A stretch of 64,000 bases of DNA. Source: Oscillospiraceae bacterium. GTDB taxonomy: Bacteria > Bacillota > Clostridia > Oscillospirales > Acutalibacteraceae. This document shows, in pieces, positions 56,307 through 64,000 of this stretch. The translations under genes and the position numbers were made by a program. Location of the stretch: the NCBI GenBank assembly GCA_022508845.1, contig JAFLUL010000001.1, forward strand, positions 5,699-69,698, read 5' to 3'. A model generated the notes under the pieces. It was not told where the DNA came from and made no database searches. It saw nothing but the letters and a program-made list of their open reading frames with translations. Each line of letters begins with the position of its first letter. The stretch's first letter is position 1.

Positions 56307-59300
56307 ATGAAAATGAAAAGATTACTTTGCTTATTTTTAGTTTTGCTGCTTGCGCTTCCCGCCTGCGGCAAAACTAAAGCTCCTTCGGATCCTTCGTCGG
56401 ACGGTGACTCACCCGATTCTGAGCCATCTTATTCCGAGATACCGGAGGTGAAGAGCGATATTTCGGTATATCAGCAGAGCTTTATTGCCGATATCGTTCG
56501 CCCTGTTTCATCTGCCGATGTTGCAAGAAATAAGGAATATGTTGTTAGCGATGATAAGGTTGAAACCATAATATCTCTTATTGACGGCGCGATAAATTCT
56601 CCCGATTTGGAGAATTTGATCGGGGTTAACATAGGTGAAACGGTAAAGTCGCTGATAAGCGGTGTTTATTCTGATTCCCTCATAAACACCATAGTGAGCT
56701 TTCTTTATCCATTAGTTGCAAACGAATTTACAAAGGTTTGGGCGGGGCTTCCCAAGGATATGTCGATAAAAGGCGTTGACACGGGCGTTGCTGTTGTGCC
56801 CAAGGCAAATGTTAACGCCACGCTGGATATTCAGCCGATTGAATATTCATTAAAACAGATAGATTTTTATATTTTCCCATCAACTCTTGCCGAAATACTC
56901 CCCGAGCAATATTCCGAGGCGGCCGAAAAGCTGCGCCTTGCGGTAACACCCTCGCTTTACGATAAAGAAAACGATGTTATTACCTCCCCTTGGGACGATG
57001 CCGTTTTGTTCAACGAAAACGGAGATCTTGACCTCAATTGGGGCGTTACCGACCGCGAAAGCTTTATAGACGCCGCTTCTGCCGCGCTTAAGGGCCTTGA
57101 GCCGCTGCTTTTAGCCATTCTTTGCAATAAGGCAGTCGATAACCACGGCATCATAGGCAGCGGCGATGGCTATGCCGCCGTAATATTTGACATATTAAAG
57201 CTCGATATGAAAATAACCGCAATTGAGCTTGTTCTCACCTGCACGGCAAATTCGGGCTACAACAATACAGTTGCCCCCATCTTTGAGGCTTTGGGGCTTA
57301 CCGCGCCGGACGGCGACAGCTTTTCGTCCGTTCGCGATATAGTTGAAAGAGGCCTTATTATCCCCATTGAAAACCTTCTTGACACTATGCTTAAAGCTCC
57401 CGTGAGCTTTATTCTCTCAGCCCTTCCGAACATTGCCTATGCTATAGAGGGCGGACTTGTTTCGCCGCTTCTTTCAATGCTCAAAACGGATATTGCCTAC
57501 ACCGCAAACGCCGAATATACCGTTCAGATAGCCGGAGACGGCAGAATGGACGGCGCTTATAAGGCAGATAAGCCCATAAAAATTGACGTTGGCGAAATGC
57601 TAGACCTTGAATCAATGGGAATAGACCTTTCCTCTTTGAACGGCCTTCTCTCATTCGTTGCCGAAAAACTCAACTTTACTCTTCCCCCAATAGAAGGAGC
57701 TAAGCTTGCCACCCTGGGAGAGGTCACTTGGCACGATACCGTAAGAAATGACTGGACCTATACAGGCGTTCAGAATTCTCAGGCCGCATATATAAAGGCG
57801 AATAAGGCCGATGTATTGCTGTTTTTGCTCGATTATGTTTTCAATCTGCTGGGCAGCGACGGCATAAAGGATGCCCTCCTCGGTGCGATAGGCGATTCGG
57901 AAGCTGTTTCATCAATAATCAATAACGTTCTTTCAAATCCCAATACGGTAATTGCCGCCGTAACAGAGCTTCTTGTTCCTCAGTCCTACACTTCCTCTGC
58001 GGGGATAAACTGGAAGTCTGTTTCTCCGTCCGGAAGCGCCGCGTCTATGCTTTACACCCCCTTCTGGACCGAAGCAAAGGCCGATTATATGCTTAATAAT
58101 CTCTCCTCGCTTATCGACAACATCCTTTCGCTTGTCGGCTTGGAAATAGCTGGAGTTAAAGCGGGAAGCCTTTCGGAGCTTATTGACGGTCTTTTGGCTT
58201 CAGTTGTTACCGCCGACACCTTAAATAATCTTGCAAAGACTATTTCAGACGCCATTTCGGGACTTGGGCTTTCTTCAACAATAACCGATCTTCTCAAAAA
58301 TATGCTGGGAATTGATCTCGGCTACTGGAACTCCTTCAGCGCTTCCTTTGCCGACGGCGACAGAGACGCTTTTGCAAAGAGCGTTGCCAATATGATTTCC
58401 CCGATTCAAAGCCTTCTTGATTTCCTGCTTCTCGGACAGGATATCGCCGTTTCCCTTTCAACCGCCGAGGGCGGCAGCAATGAGCTTATAAGGCTCCACG
58501 GCTCAAACGCATATTCAACCGCCATAATTCCGCTCTTGGAAGCATTCGGCATAACAAATATACCTTCCATTTCCGAAATGAAGGCGGACAGCAAAAGGCT
58601 TATTCCGTTTGTTGTTGACTCGGTGTTCGGAGTTCTTGATGAAGTTAAGGCTGACCCGATAAACAAGCTCTTCGGAGTTTTACCGAATCTTCTGTATTTT
58701 ATTTACAGCGGCGGACTTACAAGCACGGTAAACAACCTGCTTTTCAGCGTTGATGTTCTTTTGGACGTTATCCGTCCGATATATGATATAAATATCAGTT
58801 CTCTTATTGACTTTGACATACGCTTTGAAAAAACCGATGTTATGACTCTTCTCTCGGGTCTTATATCGGATCTTCTCAGAGATAAACTCGGAATTGATAT
58901 TGCCATCAACTTAACAACCGCGCAGGTGTTTAACGCTCTTGTTTCTGGAGAGACCGAGAGCTTCACCTCCGCAAACGGCAGAACGGCTTACAGAATAAAC
59001 GAGCAGACCGTTAATAAGAGGGATATGCTCACTGTTATTTATGACGTATTGCTCAATGAACTGCTTTTCTCGGATAACACTCCGAAATATCTTAACTTCG
59101 CAAAGGAAAAGCTGGGCTTAAGCGATTCAATTTTCGGCTACATTGAAAAAATAGTTCCCGCTCTTAAAGAGGCGGATGAAAACTATCCCGGCTCCGGAAA
59201 GGCTCTCATCTTCTGGATATTCTTTGCTGCTGAATCCATAACCGGCGCAATAGGTTCGAGCGATTCGTCAGTAACCGGAATAATCACCGCGCTTGTTGGA

Positions 59301-59414
59301 AGCGGGTCTCCCGAGAAATGCGCGTTTGCGAGAAGCGAGCTTTTTAATGACATAACAAACGAGGGATTTGCGAATATCCTTTTCGGAATTCTGAAGCCCC
59401 TGTTCAGCAAATAA
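56307..59414 (+). CDS. Large lipoprotein, 1035 aa, no recognisable domain
   Basis: ATG 56307. Lipobox LLLALPACGK. A Ser/Pro/Asp linker is followed by about 980 aa without repeats or motifs I recognise. Confidence 0.7.
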   Translation: MKMKRLLCLFLVLLLALPACGKTKAPSDPSSDGDSPDSEPSYSEIPEVKSDISVYQQSFIADIVRPVSSADVARNKEYVVSDDKVETIISLIDGAINSPDLENLIGVNIGETVKSLISGVYSDSLINTIVSFLYPLVANEFTKVWAGLPKDMSIKGVDTGVAVVPKANVNATLDIQPIEYSLKQIDFYIFPSTLAEILPEQYSEAAEKLRLAVTPSLYDKENDVITSPWDDAVLFNENGDLDLNWGVTDRESFIDAASAALKGLEPLLLAILCNKAVDNHGIIGSGDGYAAVIFDILKLDMKITAIELVLTCTANSGYNNTVAPIFEALGLTAPDGDSFSSVRDIVERGLIIPIENLLDTMLKAPVSFILSALPNIAYAIEGGLVSPLLSMLKTDIAYTANAEYTVQIAGDGRMDGAYKADKPIKIDVGEMLDLESMGIDLSSLNGLLSFVAEKLNFTLPPIEGAKLATLGEVTWHDTVRNDWTYTGVQNSQAAYIKANKADVLLFLLDYVFNLLGSDGIKDALLGAIGDSEAVSSIINNVLSNPNTVIAAVTELLVPQSYTSSAGINWKSVSPSGSAASMLYTPFWTEAKADYMLNNLSSLIDNILSLVGLEIAGVKAGSLSELIDGLLASVVTADTLNNLAKTISDAISGLGLSSTITDLLKNMLGIDLGYWNSFSASFADGDRDAFAKSVANMISPIQSLLDFLLLGQDIAVSLSTAEGGSNELIRLHGSNAYSTAIIPLLEAFGITNIPSISEMKADSKRLIPFVVDSVFGVLDEVKADPINKLFGVLPNLLYFIYSGGLTSTVNNLLFSVDVLLDVIRPIYDINISSLIDFDIRFEKTDVMTLLSGLISDLLRDKLGIDIAINLTTAQVFNALVSGETESFTSANGRTAYRINEQTVNKRDMLTVIYDVLLNELLFSDNTPKYLNFAKEKLGLSDSIFGYIEKIVPALKEADENYPGSGKALIFWIFFAAESITGAIGSSDSSVTGIITALVGSGSPEKCAFARSELFNDITNEGFANILFGILKPLFSK

Positions 59415-59436
59415 AAAAATATTTTTCCGCTCGAAA

Positions 59437-60465
59437 TGAAATGCACCCCAAAAGTTAGACAAAGTGAAATAATGTCTAACAGGGGGTGCATTTTTATGCC
59501 AAAAGGAGAGCAGAAGAAGATGTATACAGGAGAATACAAGCAAATGGTTGTAGATAAAAATAGACAAGAGGGATTAAGCTATCGAGAAGCCGAGCGGCAG
59601 TTTGGAATTTCACGAGGGATAACCACAAAATGGGAAAGAATCTATTATGAAAAGCACAGAACGGACGAAGATAAATACAAGGAAGTAAAAGAAAAAAATC
59701 TCCGATATATTTGCTGAGAACAAAGGCAGATACGGCTGCAGACGTATAATAAAAGAACTTCGCAATCGTAATTATGTGATTAACCATAAAACAGTACTGC
59801 TTTAATGAAAGAGCTTGGCCTTGTATGCAAAGTCAGAATGAAGAAACATCATTCATACAAGGGTGAAATTGGCAAGATTGCGCCGAATCTGCTTGAACGG
59901 GATTTTAGTACAACAAGCCTAATGAAAAATGGGTAACAGATGTAACAGAGTGCAGTTTATTCGGACAAAAGCTGTATATTTCACCCATACTGGATTTATA
60001 CAGCGGAGATATCGTTTCTTATACGATTCATAACAGACCGGTTCTCGGTATGGTGACAGAAATGCTGAAACAGGCATTTAATACGATATCCGATGGTTCT
60101 AATCTGATCGTGCATTCCGATCAAGGCTGGCAATATCAACATAAGCACTATCAGAAGATGCTGAAAGACAAAGGAATCATACAGAGCATTAGCCGTAAGG
60201 GAAACTGTTTGGACAATGCCGTTATGGAAAACCTCTTTGGTTTGCTGAAAACTGAGCTTCTGTATCTGCAAGATTTTGACTCGCTCGCTCAATTCCGTAC
60301 GGAATGGGAGGAGTATTTTGATTATTACAATAACCGATAGGATCAAGCTAAAATTAAATGGCTTAACACCTGCTCAACACAGATATCAAGCCATTTTGGT
60401 TGCTTAATATTCAATTTGCACAAGGTTTTCTTAAAAACTTTGTCTAACTTTTTGAGGGCATTTCA
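59437..60465 (+). mobile_element. Decayed IS3-family (IS150-like) insertion sequence
   Basis: Terminal inverted repeats TGAAATGCACCCCAAAAGTTAGACAAAGT and ACTTTGTCTAACTTTTTGAGGGCATTTCA (TG...CA ends). OrfA-like HTH begins at ATG 59496. A-run frameshift site lies near 59690. The DDE core (WVTDVTE, HSDQGWQY, CLDNAVME) is broken by several stops and frameshifts. At about 1.03 kb it is shorter than intact IS3 members. Confidence 0.8.
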
Positions 60466-60493
60466 AAAGAGCGGAGTTTTTTATGAACTTTAT

Positions 60494-61609
60494 TTATTCT
60501 TCCAAAACCTCTGCGGATCTTTTCAGATACTGAATGATGTTTAAGCTCTGCGGGCAAACGCTTTCGCACTGACCGCACTCTATGCAGGCGGACGCGTTAA
60601 GCTCGTCGCGCTTATATTGGTTCTTTGCGCGTTCTAAATCGTTATACATAAGATAGCGGTTCATAAGCTTGAAAACATCGGGTATTTTTATCTCCATAGG
60701 GCAGCCGTCAACGCAGTAGCGGCAGTTGGTGCATTTTATCGTTTCGATTGCGCTCATAGCCTTTTGCGCCTTTTTTATAACCTCCTGCTCGGCTTCGCTC
60801 AGGGGCTTGAAATCCTTCATAAAGGATACGTTATCTTCAACCTGTTCAAGGGTTGACATTCCGCTGAGAACGGTTATAACGCCGTCTATAGACGCGGCGA
60901 ATCTTATTGCCCATGATGCGCAGGAGGCATTGGGGTCGTATTCCTCAAAAATTTTTCTTACGGATTCGTGTGGATTTGCGAGCATACCGCCCTTAACAGG
61001 CTCCATTATAACAAAGGGAACGTTATGCTTTTTTGCAACCTCAATATTTGCGCCGGACATAACGTCGGGATCGTCCATATCCGTGTAGTTAACCTGAAGC
61101 TGAATAAAGTCAACGTCGGGGTGTTCGGTTAAGAGCTTGTCGAGCAGCTCCGGACCCGAATGGAAGGAAAAACCCCAGTTTTTAACAAGGCCTTCGGCTT
61201 TGAGCTCCTTAACATAATCCCAAAGTCCGAATTCACCGTATTTTTCATAGTTGCCTTCCTGCAGAGAGTGCAAAAGATAATAGTCAAAATATCCGGCTCC
61301 GGTGTTTTCGAGAGATTTCTTGAACTGCGCTTTGGCATCCTCGGGAAGAGGGCCCTTCCAAACGTTCATTTTTGAAGCGAGAGTATAGCTCTCTCTCGGA
61401 TAACGCTCAACCAGGGCTTCGCGGGTAATTACCTCCGAATCGCCGTAGGCAAAGGCGGTGTCAAAATATGTAAATCCCGCGCCAATAAATTTGTCCACCA
61501 TAGCCTTTATCTGTTCTATATCCGCCTTTGAGGAATCGTCCTTATCCCTCGGCAGACGCATAAGCCCAAAACCGAGCTTCGGAGTTTTTTCTCCGAGATA
61601 TCTTTCCAT
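60494..61609 (-). CDS. Aldo/keto reductase fused to a 2x[4Fe-4S] ferredoxin-like C-terminus
   Basis: AKR N-terminal region (FGLMRLP, FDTAFAYG) and the motifs CTNCRYCVDGCP and CIECGQCESVCP. Confidence 0.8.
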   Translation of the reverse strand: MERYLGEKTPKLGFGLMRLPRDKDDSSKADIEQIKAMVDKFIGAGFTYFDTAFAYGDSEVITREALVERYPRESYTLASKMNVWKGPLPEDAKAQFKKSLENTGAGYFDYYLLHSLQEGNYEKYGEFGLWDYVKELKAEGLVKNWGFSFHSGPELLDKLLTEHPDVDFIQLQVNYTDMDDPDVMSGANIEVAKKHNVPFVIMEPVKGGMLANPHESVRKIFEEYDPNASCASWAIRFAASIDGVITVLSGMSTLEQVEDNVSFMKDFKPLSEAEQEVIKKAQKAMSAIETIKCTNCRYCVDGCPMEIKIPDVFKLMNRYLMYNDLERAKNQYKRDELNASACIECGQCESVCPQSLNIIQYLKRSAEVLEE

Positions 61610-61682
61610 TTTTTCTTCTCCTTTTCAGTAATGAGGATATGATAGCATAAAAAAATTATATTATCAAGCGTTTGACTTTTAT

Positions 61683-61711
61683 TTGACAATTTGTTAAAAA
61701 CTTGTTATACT
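61683..61711 (+). promoter_or_regulatory. Sigma-A type promoter (TTGACA-17-TATACT)
   Basis: TTGACA at 61683-61688 and TATACT at 61706-61711, 30 nt before ATG 61742. Confidence 0.55.
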
Positions 61712-61741
61712 AAAATTAAAATATAAAAGGAGAGTTGATTT

Positions 61742-64000
61742 ATGAAATACGTTATTCTTTCATTTTTCAGACGCTGTATAGCGGCGATAACCTCGTTCTT
61801 TATGGTAATTGGAGGGGGAGGCTCTGCTCTTCCCGAGATTCCCGAAGCAGATCCGAACACGGTTTCGGCGTATAATGCTGAAGAGGCGGATTATTCTCTC
61901 GGCATTGACGCGGGCGAGGAAGTGCACGATATAAGCGATTTGCTTTTCGGCATCTTCTTTGAGGATATAAACTTTGCTGCCGACGGCGGACTTTACGCCG
62001 AGATGGTTGCAAACCGCTCATTTGAATTCACCCCTCTTGCCGCGGGAGATCAGCTTTACCACTACAGCTCGGTAAACAACGCAGTTCTTGACGTTAAGAT
62101 AGACGATGCCCAAAACGGCCTCAATATGAACAACAGAAATTATCTTGTTGTTTCAAATCCGCTGGGCGGCCTTGCCGGAGTTCAGAATATGGGCTTTATG
62201 GAGGGTATGGCAATTGAAGAAAAAGCATACACCTTTTCCGTTTACGCAAAGGCGCTAAACGGCTATGACGGCGGCGTTACCGTTCGTCTTGTTGCCGGAG
62301 ATGAAACGGCAGCCGAGGGAGTTATAGAAAAAATAACCAACGAATGGACAAAATATACGTTAACGCTTGAAAGCAAAATAAAGGCTGATAAAGACGTTTA
62401 TATTCAGGTTCTCATAAACGAAGGGGTTGCGGCGTTTGATATGATATCGCTCTTCCCGGAGGACACTTATCACGGACGTGAAAACGGCCTCAGAAACGAC
62501 CTTGCAAAAAAACTTGAAGAGCTTCAGCCCAAATTCCTGCGTTTCCCGGGCGGATGCGTAATAGAAGGCTATAATATTCCAACTGCCTATCGCTGGAAGG
62601 ATTCCATAGGCGTTGATAAAGACGGTCAGCCCCTGCTCTTTAACGATACTTACGGCGATGTTGCCGCGAGAAGTCAGGGCGAAAACATATGGACAGACCA
62701 TTCCGCAACCGACGATCCCTGGCCCTGCTTTATGACCTACGGTCTTGGTTTCTATGAGTTTTTTGTTCTCTGTGAGGATTTGGGAGCATCTCCCGTTCCC
62801 GTGCTCAGCTGCGGACTTTACTGCCAGATGCGCGGTATGCACGGCGAGGATATGAACAGCGCGGATTTTGCCGCGTTTATGCAGGATATGCTCGACCTTG
62901 TTGAATTTTGCCGCGGAGATGAAACAACAGTATGGGGCAAGGTGCGCATTGCTATGGGGCACGAGGATCCCTTTGAAATTCAGTATATCGGCATAGGAAA
63001 CGAAAATGAGGGCGAGGAATATTTTGAGCGTTATCAGGCGTTCCTCGATAAATTCAATGAGGCAAGGCTTGCTGACCCCGAGCTTTATGATGGTATTGAG
63101 CTTATTTATTCCGCAGGTGCCTCCGATGCTCTTAACGGCGGCAACCATAAAAAGGCATATGAATATGCCGAAGAGCATATAGAAAACGGCAACGTTACCG
63201 CTTTTGCAGGAGCCATTGACGAGCATTATTATCAGACCCCCGAATGGTTTCTTAAAAACGCCGACTACTATGATGAAAATAACTACAGACGCTCTGCCGA
63301 CGAGCTGACCGCCACCGTCTACGGCGGCGCGATCCCCGTGTTCCTCGGAGAGTATGCCGCAAGATCAAACCGCCTTGAAGCGGCTCTTGCTGAGGCGGCA
63401 TATATGACCGGTCTTGAAAGAAACGGAGATATCGTAAGAATGGCGGCGTATGCCCCCTTGTTTGCCAGTGCAACTGCAAGCCACTGGTCTCCCAATCTGA
63501 TTTGGTTTAATAATTCCGGCGTTACAACATCGGTGAACTACTATGTTCAGAAGCTCTTTGCCAATAATCAGGGAACGAAGCTCTTAAAGAGCTCTCTTAA
63601 CGGAGCCGCTGTTGAGCAGCAGGATCTTCAGGGCAGAGTAGGCGTTGGAACCTGGTATACCGAGGCCGAGTTTGACAATCTTCTTGTGGTTGACAACGAA
63701 ACCGGCAAAACTCTCATTAAAGATGATTTCTCAATTCCGAATTTCTTCTGGAACTGGCAGAACGTCAATAAGGGCAATTTTAAGATTAAAGGCGGAAAGC
63801 TCATCCACGAAGGTACCGATATGAGATACAGCGATATAGGCGACGTTGCCTATATCGGTGTTAACAACGATATGAAAAACTACACCTTTACCGTTGAGGC
63901 AACAAAAACCGACGGCGAAGAGGGCTTCCTCATTCCGTTTGCCGTTCAGGACGCGGATAATAACTATTTCTGGAATATCGGCGGCTGGGGCAACACCGTT
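61742..64000 (+). CDS. GH51 alpha-L-arabinofuranosidase with additional C-terminal module (3' end outside window)
   Basis: Not in the ORF track because it has no stop in the window. My reading gives MKYVILSFF... then GIFFEDINFAADGGLYAEMVANRSFEF and FLRFPGGC, which are GH51 hallmarks. The frame is still open at 64000 (...NYFWNIGGWGNTV). Confidence 0.8.
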   Translation, partial: MKYVILSFFRRCIAAITSFFMVIGGGGSALPEIPEADPNTVSAYNAEEADYSLGIDAGEEVHDISDLLFGIFFEDINFAADGGLYAEMVANRSFEFTPLAAGDQLYHYSSVNNAVLDVKIDDAQNGLNMNNRNYLVVSNPLGGLAGVQNMGFMEGMAIEEKAYTFSVYAKALNGYDGGVTVRLVAGDETAAEGVIEKITNEWTKYTLTLESKIKADKDVYIQVLINEGVAAFDMISLFPEDTYHGRENGLRNDLAKKLEELQPKFLRFPGGCVIEGYNIPTAYRWKDSIGVDKDGQPLLFNDTYGDVAARSQGENIWTDHSATDDPWPCFMTYGLGFYEFFVLCEDLGASPVPVLSCGLYCQMRGMHGEDMNSADFAAFMQDMLDLVEFCRGDETTVWGKVRIAMGHEDPFEIQYIGIGNENEGEEYFERYQAFLDKFNEARLADPELYDGIELIYSAGASDALNGGNHKKAYEYAEEHIENGNVTAFAGAIDEHYYQTPEWFLKNADYYDENNYRRSADELTATVYGGAIPVFLGEYAARSNRLEAALAEAAYMTGLERNGDIVRMAAYAPLFASATASHWSPNLIWFNNSGVTTSVNYYVQKLFANNQGTKLLKSSLNGAAVEQQDLQGRVGVGTWYTEAEFDNLLVVDNETGKTLIKDDFSIPNFFWNWQNVNKGNFKIKGGKLIHEGTDMRYSDIGDVAYIGVNNDMKNYTFTVEATKTDGEEGFLIPFAVQDADNNYFWNIGGWGNTV

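Noticed and set aside
62360-63226. 288-aa minus-strand ORF. The smaller ORFs at 61800..62021 and 63252..63479 are the same kind of case.
   Set aside because: It lies antisense to a plus-strand frame with unmistakable GH51 arabinofuranosidase motifs that runs from 61742 to the window end. The translation is low-complexity and has no RBS.

Overview
This 64 kb window looks like chromosomal DNA from a Gram-positive anaerobe, probably Clostridia. That is inferred from TTGACA-17-TATAAT promoters, GGAGG ribosome-binding sites, a T-box leader, a V-type ATPase, ferredoxin oxidoreductases and radical-SAM genes. All coordinates I derived by hand (internal starts, hairpins, repeats) may be off by 1-2 nt; coordinates taken from the ORF track are exact.

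Contents, left to right:
- Housekeeping genes: a DUF1846 fragment, a PepV-like dipeptidase and a U32 peptidase.
- A complete nine-gene V-type ATPase operon (4730-13709). A stop-interrupted four-helix-bundle (23S-IVS protein family) ORF sits between subunits B and D, flanked by inverted heptamer-repeat arms.
- A decayed XRE / cohesin-like locus.
- Two Cys-rich secreted proteins next to a radical-SAM/SPASM maturase.
- A T-box leader in front of an HTH-cupin-acyl-CoA-synthetase fusion. It is followed by a C-N hydrolase, ilvE, a P-loop ATPase and a four-subunit 2-oxoacid:ferredoxin oxidoreductase.
- An AT-rich islet carrying an APH-like kinase.
- tRNA-Leu(UAA), followed by an AT-rich island of about 6 kb. 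The island carries a translationally coupled VanW / DltA-like / DltC-like operon and a double-HTH N6-adenine methyltransferase convergent with a small orphan ORF.
- Polysaccharide and cell-wall genes: a clan GH-A hydrolase, an RmlD-like reductase, a GNAT, two VanY-type peptidases and a CE4 deacetylase.
- An ECF sigma / anti-sigma pair.
- Assorted hydrolases and reductases, and a 1035-aa orphan lipoprotein.
- A decayed IS3-family element inserted in a terminator loop.
- A partial GH51 arabinofuranosidase at the right edge.

Two dispersed intergenic repeat families are visible. No CRISPR array or rRNA gene is present.

The leads I consider most worth follow-up:
1. The VanW-DltA-DltC cassette without DltB/DltD.
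2. The T-box-controlled HTH-cupin-acyl-CoA ligase and its branched-chain module.
3. The IVS-like long-hairpin element family with a shared 26-nt core.
4. The Cys-rich secreted proteins paired with the rSAM/SPASM enzyme.
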